Positions 36,901 through 48,632 of a DNA stretch of 64,000 nucleotides are shown here, piece after piece. The stretch is from Klebsormidium nitens (taxonomy: Eukaryota > Plantae > Klebsormidiophyceae). The stretch spans positions 1 through 64,000 of the forward strand of contig DF237062.1 of the NCBI GenBank assembly GCA_000708835.1, read 5' to 3'. The notes under the pieces were generated by a model. It did not search any database and was not told the DNA's origin. It worked only from the letters and a program-made list of their open reading frames with translations. Position 1 is the stretch's first letter. Each line of letters begins with the position of its first letter. Both the position numbers and the translations under genes were made by a program.

Positions 36901-37030
36901 CTGACCGCTCTTGAAAAAGAGAGAGACATGCTCTTCTACAAAGTTAGATATAGCTAGTGCTCCTTGTTGTTTAAGGGGCGTCTTAAAGTTGACGGTGAGA
37001 GAGAGCTGCTTATATGGCTGCACATTAGGT
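30930..37030 (+). CDS. Large hypothetical protein: short helical N-terminal region followed by >1000 aa of acidic/Ser-Gly-rich disordered sequence
   Basis: Phase-consistent exons ~30930-31052 (tentative), ~31197-31294, 31608-~31790, 32298-32479, 32811-34113 and 34651-36870, with a possible further exon at ~36976-37028. The 405- and 744-codon ORFs are bounded by GT/AG sites. No family was recognised, and the start and end are uncertain. Confidence 0.65.
33640..33930 (+). repeat. Coding minisatellite of GAGGAGAGACCGGAA units (EERPE peptide repeats)
   Basis: Multiple imperfect copies give EERPE/EKRPE/ERLE repeats within ORF 32908-34125. Confidence 0.9.
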
Positions 37031-37814
37031 ACGTGGTGGCATGAGGACGCTCTTCAAATCGCTGCGACAAGCTCGACCATTGGATCAAGGATTGTGAATG
37101 TTGCACGATTAATGTTGTCTTGACCTGAATTGACCTCGAGCACGCGTGTCGTGTGCATATCTTCGCTTGTCATGAGTATGTGCGTTTGTGCATACCCGTC
37201 AACTTTGTGCCGATCGAGCTAGGAGCGCAAATCTTTCAAAAGATGGACTTCGAGGACAATATCAAATTCAAATGAAAGCGTACATACACAGCATGCCAGG
37301 TATGCATGCATGCGCCACTCGACGCAATTAAGGCGTCTGTTACGAACATGGAGACTGTAGAGGAGGATGTACGCGGCCGATGAAAGCAGACCAGTGTGCA
37401 ATCTGTGCATGTGCACTAAATACACCGACATGGCGCGCGCGACGCCTGACACTAGTTGTCGGGTTCGAAGCGTGACGTTCTTGAACCTGGAGCTCCAGCT
37501 TCGACTCCATCATGCATGCAGGATGCATCAAGGCGCCGCACGATTTGAGTGCATGTCGGAACTAGAGGCGAAAAGACTGTAGAAATAGTAAATCAAACGG
37601 TGCCTTCCACTGCTCGCATCGCACCGCGCATGACTATCTTCGAAGAGAAGCAGAGCGCTTTGCTTTTCGAGCAGGATACCGGGCTGGTCTAATATTGGCG
37701 GGCGATGCACGCATAGGTCAATGGAGAGAGGAAGAAAGAAGAGAATCAGTCTCTGTACTTTAGTATCTACAGCAGAAGCTTTGGCGCCACACACATGCCT
37801 GCTTTCCTGGAAAG

Positions 37815-39756
37815 ATGGAGGAAGACCTGGACCAGACTGTCGAGCGCTGTGCCTCCTTGCTAATATCGACAGACCAAGACGAGGTCTTAACGGCGATTGA
37901 CATGCTCAATCCCTTGCAAATAGTTCAAACCCTAGGTGCGGAGCACTTTTCCAGGTTCGTCCAGGAGATTGCCGCGTATCGCGGGGGGGTGGTCCTAGAG
38001 CGGCTGTTGCTACCCCTGCTGAAGCAAGGCAATGAAACTGAATCGTCGACATAGCTTGAGGCTTATCGCACCTTTGCGCTCGTGATCCTCTCATCGAGCA
38101 AGGTTGTTGTGGAGCGCTGCCTGAGAACAGGCGGAACGAGGGCGGAACCGGAACATGCCCGGAAGATCTCCTCAGCGCTGATCCACCAGCTTATGGGCAA
38201 AGTGAGGGTTCTCCCGGAGAGCGACACTCCCCGGAAACTGAGCGAATTTGTGGTAGTTGACTCCTTGGAGTGCCTCGTCAACTTTGCACGAAGTTCCAAG
38301 AGGTTCCGAGGCGCCTTGAGAGACACATTGGATGAAGGGAGCGTCTTCGAACAGTTCAAAGACCTTCTGAAAGCAGAGTTTCTCGACAGCCTGTCCGCTT
38401 CAAATGCGCGGAAGATCCGGCTCCGGCTTTCCAGTCTCGCGGTCTGTCTAGCGTTCTCATCTGACATTCAGTCGTGGGCTATCGACATGGGCTTGCTCAA
38501 ATTGGTAGCGGCAATCTACGATGCGTCCCCTCCTCAGGAGGCCTCCAATCAGAGCCAGCGGCGAATGGTTCCTGCGTTCCGCTGCAACATAGTCCTGCTC
38601 CGCTTGCTTGTGTCAGATTCCACTGCGGAAAAGCTCTGCGCGCACAAGGCGCTCTCAAAATTCCGGCCCCACCGGCGGAAGATTGACGACGCGGACCCGG
38701 AATGCAACCTTTGGGACTTCTTTGAGAAGAGGCTGCGGGGCGTGACATTCAAAGCCGATAGGCCACAATTTTCTGATGAGGACTGGAGATCCGTGGAAGA
38801 AGACTGTGGTGGACTCGTCTTGGCCCGTGTCGTTTGCTCGTGGAAGGGGTGCGCGGCCGGCCGCGAGCCCGCCGTCGGAGAAGGGTTTCGCAAGTGCGGG
38901 CGCTGCCACGTGGCGCGCTACTGCAGGTAGGCGCAAGAGTCTCGGCGGGCCATACACTAGAAGTTGGGTCATTGAGATCCACAAGTTGATCGTCCTGGTT
39001 CACGGCCTTTATCTATTTCGGAAGTTCGAAACTGCTCTTGACGCAGATGACAAACTTTATCCAGTTCCTCTTCTTTTTGAGTCTTGCGTCTCGGCTCTCC
39101 TTTGCAAAATTCTCTATCCCACTGTGGTAGCCTTGAGTCCGCTCGACAAGCAAACGACGAGCTGCTGTCCCTTTTGATAACCTCTTCGCCATTGGGGTTG
39201 ATTTGACAACAAGTCGATATGGCAGAGATTCGCCTACATATTGACACAAGGTGTTAGAGATCAGACTCCAGTATTAGGCTTCCGAATCAAGGCCTTTGTG
39301 TCCAAAGGTCCTTTCAAACGCCTGTCTAGGTCCTGGCAAGATCTGAGTAAGACGATCTTGTACCGGAAACAAGAGGACAGCAATGCTATGATTGTGTAGG
39401 CGTTACCCGTTGTTCGGTTTCTTCAAACGGAAGTCCGGGTTAATCAAGGACAGTTTTCCCCTTCGACAATAAGTTGGACCGAGAGTACTAATACTGAGCC
39501 GTTCTGTACCACGAAAAGACCTACTCGGTTGTACGTAAAGTTCCAAAATCAAATTCGGATGCTTCGCAGTCCTTGCTGCACATCAGTATTCTGTTGGAGA
39601 TCGACTCTCTTACAAGATCGATGGAAGTCAGTTTTGCATCCAATCATATGAACCACAGAACGCGTTTCTGTTTGCAGTAAAGAGCACCAGAAGTTGCACT
39701 GGACGACCCACAAAGTCCACTGCAAGGACCATCGGGCAAACGAAGGGACGTTGTAA
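37815..39756 (+). pseudogene. MYND zinc-finger protein C with a single premature stop
   Basis: ORFs 37815-38054 and 38082-38930 are in the same frame, separated by one TAG at 38052-38054 (ESST*LEAYRTF). The finger CSWKGC..RKCGRCHVARYC/SKEHQKLHWTTHKVHC is split by an intron at 38927-39677; the last exon is 39678-39756. Confidence 0.8.
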
Positions 39757-41451
39757 CCCGAGACTTAGAGCATAATCACATACATTTCAAGATATATTAG
39801 GGGTACGAGATGCGGATATCGGTTCACTGGTTGGCCTGGCCGCCGACGTGGTGTGCTGGCGGTGTTTCTGCTGTTTCGGTGTATGTCACGCAAGGCCCAG
39901 GAACAAAAGCAGATCCCTGAGGTTTTGGTCTGGACAAGTGACGGTCTTCTTTCAGCAAGTGAAGTCGGTCAGGTCTTCGAACTGGCCACCCTGACCCGAC
40001 GGCTGTCGGAAGCTGGCGGGCGGCAACTAGATAGAGAGAGACATTCAGATTGAGAGGTGAAAGCTGCAAACTCGACAAAAAGTCCGGTCCGATCCTACTT
40101 ATGCGGCTGCGCAGTTAGAGCGACGGGTCAAGCATTAAATTCGCATATGTCCCGCGAATTTGATTTCGGCAGACTCCCCTCTGCTATACCGAACAAGCAA
40201 TATTTGAATGCACCTGCTTTACGCGCGTCGAAGCGCTTTGATGTTCGATCATGCACAATTATGCAGCTTGGCAGCTCAGGTAGGAGAACCTTGCTTTGAT
40301 TTGGATAGCTTGATCGTCTCGTTGTTGCACGAGAATATTATGCAATTACGAACGGGAAACTTAAGACAGTCGATGAGATGGTCGTTAGACTTTCACGACT
40401 AGCTAGGGTTCATGACGGTACGCGCGTATAGAGTGCACCAGGTACACGTACTCGAAAGGCCATCAGTCAATTGAGCAAAGTAATCTAACTGATGCCGTCT
40501 TCGTATCAACATGCCAGCCCGCAACAAGCTAGGGAAATTCGCAGTAGAACCTCCAAGTGGCATGAACTTTTCAACGTGGGTAATACACGATGCGCGTATG
40601 ATTCGAAGTAATGTACTTGGGAAATGCATTAAGGAAAAGCATGTGCATCCAGAGCTAGCGTGATGCTGCACATGCGCTGCAACAATGATGCACCTGAGGA
40701 CGATGCGTTGAACGTTCCGCTGAGAATATATAGCAGCCGGCGGCGCGTCCCACGTCGCGAGCGCTGTAGACTTATTCACACACCTCGATGGACCATGCTT
40801 CTAGCTGCTTATATATTTCGTTTCCAAGAGCTCGAGCCGCCAGCATGGGGGCTGCAGAATAGGAAGACTTGCAAGCTGTGACAATCGAACGTGTCGATCG
40901 GTATACAGACAATTTTCAGAGCGTGCCATTTTTAGAGACCTATCTTTCCAGCGGCTTACAAGATAGCAGTGCTTGCTGCTCAAGACTGCTTGTTGCCGGA
41001 AGGTCGCAGTTGCCAATCTTGGATCAGGATGTCAGGATCAAACGGCACGTCGACCTGCGCCATAAGAAGGTCCGATATTGACTAACGTTGATTGTTGTCT
41101 CTTGCCGCATGACACGAGAACCGAGCAGAGCGAAAGCTAAGCAACATATATTATTGCACCTGAGAAGCTTCCATTTGAAGCCTCTCTGTGCCTCTAGCTC
41201 GGGTTAGAAGATGCATCGAACTTGCATGTTCGTACCACTCAAGAGATGCGAACAGTGGTTCTAACCACGGATCTTCTTCCTGTACATGGCCTCCCGTTGG
41301 AAGCTCTCACCTTTTGAAAGGGATCCCCGAGAGCAAGTAGGAGTTGGCTGGCCCACGATTTGGGCGGCTGCCACTGGAACAGGAACAAACGAGCGACGCT
41401 TTAGAACCTTTTTGAGACTTTTTGAAGAAAGACAACGAAGGATTTAAGTAG

Positions 41452-41892
41452 CCTCTATACGAAGATTCGCGAAGAACCAGTACTAGAGCCGGCTATCCTG
41501 TTTTGAATGCGATAGCTCTGCAGAAATTGCTACATGAAGCGGGCAGGCAAAGGCACAACACGGCTGAAAGAAACAACGAGGCTTTCAAGACGTCGGTTCC
41601 TCATAGCTCTGGCCACCCTTCCGAGACGTCGTTTCCTTTCAGCAACTGGCCAAGGCGCTAGACGGATCTCCATCCTCTACACGAAGATTCGCGAAGAACC
41701 AGTACTAGAGCCGCCTATCCGGTTTTTGAATGCGATAGCTCTGCAGATATTACTATATGACGCGGGCAGGCAACGGCACAACACGGCGGAAAGAAACAAC
41801 GAGGCTTTCAAGACGTCGGTTCCTCATAGCTCTGGCCACCCTTCCGAGACGTCGTTTCCTTTCAGCAACTGGCCAAGGCGCTAGACGGATCT
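41452..41892 (+). repeat. ~222-bp two-copy tandem repeat
   Basis: GAAGATTCGCGAAGAACCAGTACTAGAGCC occurs at 41461 and 41683, and GACGGATCT at 41661 and 41884. The copies are nearly identical. Confidence 0.95.
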
Positions 41893-42390
41893 GATCGTAT
41901 ATGCACAAAGGAAGGCACAACGTCCTCGAATCCGTGCAGCTAAGGTGGTCGTTTCTATGGGTCTACGAACATGCAAACGGGACGTTCAAAGGGGGCTTTT
42001 CTGTAGACAGCAGGCTCGCGAAGGCACTCCTGAAAGCATGAGAAGAGGGATGCATGCGAAGGACGCACCTGCTCTTGGAAAAAGTATTCGTCGACCTCGG
42101 TCTCGTACCCGCGCTCTTCGAAGAGTGCTTGCAGAATGGAGGACGCAAACTTCTGCAGAGGGAAATGCGTACGAAGTTGCGAAATGGAAGCGCGAAAGAA
42201 AAAGAAGTCGTGACTCGTACGTCAACAATGTCGACCTCGAGATTGTCATATTCAGGAGTCGATTGCAAATGGTTCCTCTCTCTCAAAGCAAGGTCCAGCC
42301 GGGGAGTAGATTGACTACCAGGCAACTAAGCCATGCGCAATTCTCAAGTTCACCGCACAAAGACCTGTTTAGAGCCTCCCTGAAGTGCGG

Positions 42391-44452
42391 CTACTCCGCC
42401 TGAAGCACGGCCTGAAGGCCACTTGTTGCATCCACATCCTAACAGCTTGAGTGCGAAACGAGCGCTTGGATGACAAGCTGAGCCGAAGATGATGCCTCTC
42501 ACCTGCCAAAAGCTGCCCTCCTCCGCTCTCAGCAGCTGCGAGCCTTGGAGGTCGGCTGGTCGCTGCAGAGAGGACCTTGCATGTCACTGGCGCCAGCCAA
42601 CACGGACTTGAGTTTCATTCAACAAGACCATGAGGAAGCTCTGGACCACTGAAAGAAAAGTCTGTCAAGTAGCCTGAGGCGGAAAGAGAACGGTTAACTG
42701 CGACCAAAAGTGCCGGATGAGATTTGTTACAAGATCTCTGAAGGAAGGCCCTCACTCTTAGCTGTATCCGCAAGTCAGGCTCGTCTGCCAAGCTTTCGCC
42801 ACCAGGTTCCCTCCATTCAACGGTGTAATCCTCCACATAGCCGACGGCTTTCAACTTGCGAAGAATGTCATCTACTTGTTTTCGAAGATCAGCTGAACCT
42901 GCATCCGGAGCTGACGTGCTTCGCAGACTTTCTAACAAGCTCCTCCCCACTTTCGTGCTGAAGTCCTGCATGAAAGCTCGAGTTTAATGTGGGGGTTTAC
43001 GAAATGTACTGCAGCAGCTTGTGTGGAAGAACCACAAGACTGAAGTATGCTTGTCAGTTGAACTTTCGACAAGCATACTGACAATCAAGAGGAATGTCCC
43101 CTTGCTCGCATCGGCAGGTAAACCCCCTGGTTGTGAGCAGGTTCGACTGTTTTGATGGACGCACTTGGTATGAGCACTCAAAAAAACTCACCGCTCTTTC
43201 TTCAGTTGATTTCAGATGCTTCGCAACAATCTTCCACTGCAGAAGGACACCAAGAGGCAATCAGGGCACAGTGTAAGCAGAGGCTCCGCTCGAGAAGGTC
43301 TTTTCGTGGCTTGCTGCTGGATAAGGCCCCTAGACAAAGGATTGATTCTGAGGAAGATGATAATTCTCAACATCTAATGAAAGCAGTTAAAGAATCTTTT
43401 GGTTGGGCTCGCACCTGGATGTATGATACGAAGTTGAAATATGGCACCTCACTAAGGTCACCAGGCTTCCTGCAACAACAGTTCCACAGTCAGACCAACA
43501 GCTGCATGCAACTTGCTAAAAGGAAGATAGAAACGTAGAATTGCAAACCGCTTTCCTAGCTCTACTACGGGAGCTGTGGCCCAAAGTGCTTAACATTTCC
43601 ATTGAGATTTGATCAGAGGCTGCTGAGGAGACCCACTGTATTGACGACATGGTTGAAGACTCCTTGAAGTACGGGTACTCCTGCTGACGCAACCGGAAGA
43701 ACTGTTTCTGGATCTCTGCTTCTGGCAATTTCTTGGTTGCCGCAAATTCATTGTAAGTTGTCTTCATTAAGAGCGTCTGCAAGCGCAAGATCCATATGTC
43801 AGGATGCCAAACTTCAATACTTCTGAAAAAGGGTCCCATGTGGCAATGTTAAGGACCACAATTGCTTCACCAAGGATAGACAGTTTCAAGCAAGTGTCAA
43901 TGTCAACAAAATTGAAAGGCACCCTGGGAAAAGCTCCTTACTTACAATTGCTGCACCGATGAAACATATGCAGCATTTCGGCTGGAAACTTGAGCACACT
44001 GCGATACTCACCCCAAAGTCATTGCTCATGTGCCGCACTTCTACCACTGAAGATGCTTCCCCAGCTAAGGAGACCCCATCTCCAAAGCTCAGCATGGATC
44101 CACCCACAACAGCCGCAGTCTGCAATAGGCTTCTCCTTGTAAATTCTATTGGAGCTCCTCGAACATGCATTGCTCTTTGAGATTGACCAATTTGCTGACT
44201 AAGTGTGTTCACAGGATCACCATTGGCACCACCACCTCCATCAACAGACACTACTCTCTCCTGAGCCGTTGTTGCAGTGGAAAGTCTGCAGCATTTCCTT
44301 CTTCCTTTCGAAAAGCCTCCGGAGTGTGCACCACTCATTGGCGCGCAAGTCCACTCTTTCTGCCATTGGCTTTTCCGCTTTGTGAGCTTGCAAAGAAGGC
44401 ATTGTGTCCTCCCAAGGGCTTCGGCACCCGAATTGGCTGCCAATGCCGCCAT
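42391..44452 (-). CDS. Uncharacterised plastid protein with a twin-arginine (TAT)-like thylakoid transfer signal
   Basis: Exons 44452-44039 (transit peptide, then FTRRSLLQTAAVVGGSML..SLA), 43776-43637 (FFRLRQQEYPYF), 43469-43415 (KPGDLSEVPYFNFVSYIQ), 43236-43192, 42965-42756, 42562-42503 (RPADLQGSQLL) and ~42438-42391 (tentative). Splice phases are consistent. Confidence 0.75.
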
Positions 44453-44816
44453 CTGTGGTCGATAGAGTCTTCTCAAGTCGGCCTGTGATCATCAACGTTT
44501 CGTCGACTGCATTTTGAGTTCCAACTTGGACTTTCAAGTCTCACGTTCTCTTCTACGGTAATAGAGACTCCACACACCAACACACTTCCACTGCCAGCAC
44601 ACTCTCACTCCGCATTTCAAGTCGTCAGCTCTAAAACAGTAAGAGAAGCGCAGTCAGAACAAATCCTGCGTCAGTAGGGACTTGAGGTGGTCACAGGCAG
44701 TTTTTACAGCATCACCGCTTCTTCAGCTCAGCCCTGAGCTCAGCGACAGGGGCTCTGCAGCGAGCTCAAACTTTGCTTTATCGCTGAAGCCGTCTGGAAA
44801 AGTTTCATGCGGCAAA

Positions 44817-47806
44817 ATGAAGGTCCTTGTGCTTGGGGGCACCGGCTATCTCGGGCAGTTCGTGGTTGACCACTTTCTGAATGCGGGTGATCCTGTGTTG
44901 TTCACCCATACAAAAGAGGTGGCACCGGAGATCACGCCGAATGGCGCCATGTGTTGGGGGGTACTGCCAGCAGCTCTACGTATTGACCTGACAACGGAGG
45001 GGGGTCTAGGTCTCCTTGAGGAGAGGGCCTTGCAGATGGGATGTGGTGTAAGCAAGTTGACATTTCCCAAAGACCTTCTCTTTGAAAGAAGTTTACAAGG
45101 ATGGCGAGGGCCTTTTGAAAGCACATGTCTGAAGTTTTCCTTCTGCTGTCAGAAGTCTCAAACTGGGCGCTGTGGGTCTTACTCTCTGCTCGAGCTGACA
45201 ACCAGGAAGCTTGTAAGTTCAGAATGCTTGGTGGTCAAAGCATTTTGAAAGCTTCCCTGCCTTAAGGGAGTTGGGGCATTAAAGTATAGAGCTCCAACAA
45301 CTTTACGACTTGTTTCAACTGCAGCCAGACGTCGTCATCAATTGTGCGGCCATCTCTCAACCGCGGGACTGCGAAAGCGACAGGGACCGGGCCTTTGCTG
45401 TTAATGTACCCTCTAGGGTGACAACATGGTTGACCCAGCGAGCGGCAGTTGATGGCAGGAGGCCACCGCTGTTCATACATTTATCCACCGATCAAAGTAA
45501 GGAAATGAAGTACATTTGTTGGTTCTATGCTGCCTGCCTCAGCTAGGCAGCACTGTAGGCACATAGTATCATAAACTCGCCGTTCTTTCCCTATTGAGTC
45601 CCCTTTGTGTCACAGGGAAGACAGAACTTTTGTTCAGCTTTGACACAGCCAAGAAGAACTTCCCTTTCTGATGCTCGAATGCGCTTCCGTATGGGTCCAC
45701 CTCTTGCATTTACTGGCCATGCGGCGCCGTCATCATCAGCCTACCTGCTCACTGAGTTGGCCAGAATTGCCGCATCGTTCTAGCAGACAACAGATTCATC
45801 CTGGTCTAACCACTTCAGTTCCTGCGTCTGAAAGACCAGACATATCTCCTCTTGCTGCAGCGTACGAGGGGAATAAGCCATTTTGGCACGAGGACGACCC
45901 GACGAACCCGGTGAACACATACGGCGAGTCCAAGGTGGCAGCTGAACGGCACTTACAAGAGAGCTACCCCAACCATGCAATCCTTAGAAGCAGCATCATC
46001 TACGGCCCACAACCACCCCTCATGCCGGTTGGCCGGACCCTCCCTCTCGCAGTAAGTTCAGACAACTGACTCACTTCAGGCGCTTTCTACTTGATGTTGC
46101 ATTGGAGCGTTTCTCCACTGTGAAGAGTGGGGGCGTCGAAGGCAGTGAAGCTCGATGAAAGCTGATGGGCGTCATGTTTTGTCAGCCTGACCAGCGAGCA
46201 AGGTGAGGCTGTTTTTTTTTGAGGCTGTTTTCTTTTGCGAATCGGGACTCCAAGTATCAATGTGTCTTGGAATCCGCTTGCTCTGTCCGCGAGTTGCTTG
46301 GACGGAGTCGCTCGAAGGAGCGGCTCGCACGATCTTTAGAGGACTGTACACTCTTCGAGGACTTCTTATGCTCTTCCATCCATGAGAGTCGCGTGCAATC
46401 GACTTGCGAAGGCTCTGGCGCCCCCAGTTCCGCGCCCATACTCGAAGCTGAACCGTCACAACCCGACTTTGGCTAAACCGGCCATGCATCTCTTGCTGCA
46501 GTGGATGGACGGCGTATTGTCGTCTGGCCAAGAAACCAGCTTTTTCGAAGATGAGTTCCGGAATCCGGTCTACGTGGGCGACGTCGTGGCAGCAATTGCC
46601 AAGCTCGCGGAAAGTGCTGAACAAGGTGGGTTGGGAACAGCGATGCTTAAACTGGAGGAAAGCTCTAAATCCGAAGATTCGCCAGAGACTCTCAGATAAC
46701 ATGGCTGGGTCCAAAAGCGTGCTTTCCTTCTTGGGGCGACTATGATCCATACTGCTCACCAGCTACGCTGTGCGTAGCGGATAACGGATAGTGCTTGGAC
46801 TCATTTCTCGAAGAAACTTGCATGCGAGCGGGAGACCCCTCGCCCCGGCGAACCCCTGCAGCTGCGAGATAGGGTCGGAGCGTTGGTGATGCAGCCACTG
46901 ATCAACTTTACAGGTTCACACCGTATGACACAGTGAATCGCACGAGAACTTTTATTGCGAAAGAAGTTTGCTCCGCTTCATTCAACCCGATCATAATTGT
47001 TGAGATTCCACCCTCAACTTAGTCGAGGCGCTGATGCGCTGTCTCCTGGATGCCTTCTAGACTATCTGTGTCCCCGACCTCGTGAAATCTTCCCGCCTCA
47101 TTCGCTTCATCGTTATGTTTCAGCGGTCAAAAGCGTTCGTCCACTCGTCTCATTCTGTTCGGCTACTTGAAGCAACCGATTGATCCAAGGTTTCCAAATT
47201 CCCGCCCGCAGACTACCCCTACCCGCACCGTGTATTCAACCTAGGCGGGCCGGAACGGCTGTCCCGAGTAGACATGGCGCTCGCGGTTGCTCGAGAGAGG
47301 GGCTACAGCGAACAGCTCGTGAAGCCAGTCCCTGCGGCGTCGGTGAGTGCTTCCGCTCTACGCTGGACCCTTCTTCTAACGAAGTCTGTGCAGCTATTCG
47401 TCCTTTTATTATAATAAGAAGATGGGGCCGGGCACTTTTGGTAAAAGGTGGTAGCTCAACAGCACGAACTCGTTCACTCCGCAATTGCCTTTCGGCTCTT
47501 ATTCGTTGTCAGACGGTCAATTCGTTTAAACTTCGAACATCTGGAGTTTTGGTCTTCTTTATCCACTCCTCGGCATTCCGGGGCCGTTACCTTTCCGTCA
47601 ATTGAAGGGCAACGTTCTCAAATGCTTTGTCAGTCACCATATCAAGCTCCGTTTCCGTCAGTTTCCGAAAATTTCCGGTTCCGTCTGTGCAGGTGAGCCG
47701 AGGGGTTGTCAGCCCAGCGGACATCTCGATGAACGTCGAACGGATACAACAGGAGCTTGGTATCAGCCTGACCCCTTTTGTAACTGGCGTTCAAAAGTCC
47801 TTTTAA
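44817..47806 (+). CDS. RmlD/MAT2B-like NAD(P)-dependent SDR (dTDP-4-dehydrorhamnose reductase-like)
   Basis: Exons 44817-45047 (VLVLGGTGYLG), 45325-45496 (PDVVINCAAIS..IHLSTDQ), 45861-46051 (PVNTYGESK, YxxxK), 46502-46625 (FFEDEFRNPVYV), 47212-47342 (FNLGGPERLSRVDMA), 47693-47806 (SRGVVSPADISM). Confidence 0.92.
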
Positions 47807-48632
47807 CAGCATTCAGCGGCAAGACTGATGTGAAAAGTAGATTTTTGCACGCAATCGCCGTCTGACTTCCTATTTGCCAACATGAGTCGCTGTGGTTTCT
47901 TGAGCTTCTGTAAAGACTTGATGAAACGGCTACGCTTGATCCTTTGGCTGATAACTATACATGGATGGTCGTCGGATTGCGAAAGTGTCTCCTGGAGACT
48001 GCGGTCCTTTGGCTCTTGCTGTGAGTGATGCATGCAGCTTTGTCTTTGCGTCTACGTACACACATCTTGAGTGCATCTAGAAGACTATGAACGGGCGCGC
48101 ATGCAATCAAAGGATGCTAGCTCAGATCGCGAGCTCAGTGCAATTGATCAGGCCCATGACGTACTAAATATCGGGTGACTAGGCTCAAAGTGCGTTCGAG
48201 TCAACCGCATGCCAGTGACGGCAATTGCTCCATGCATGCATGTGGGCCGTCATGCAGTGTGCACATGTGGGGGCCGGCCGCCGGCCCTTGTGAACATTGC
48301 TAAGGCTAGCAAATTTGCATGTGCAGGGGAGAACACCCGACTAAGCCAGCAGCTGCTCACAAAAAAGTAATAACCGGCTTACATACAGTCTGCCAATATC
48401 AGAATAGCTGCACGTCAGTATCCATATATTTGCGCTCGCAACTATAAGGATTCTTATAGACCACACAGTCTACAATGATTGCATATGCCACTTTGGAGAC
48501 TGACCACATCATGTTCACTAGAGACGGTCATGAAAGCGAGCGCGGCCACCTGATTTGAGTCACTTGCAGATCCTGACAGTCGGTCATGCACGCTACTGTA
48601 CCTACCTTCACTAGAAATTTTTGATCAAAGAA

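Noticed and set aside
44643-44816. In-frame, ATG-less, Ser/Ala-rich extension upstream of the RmlD-like start (TTG-initiated in the ORF track)
   Set aside because: It could simply be 5'UTR. Nothing in the sequence supports non-AUG initiation.
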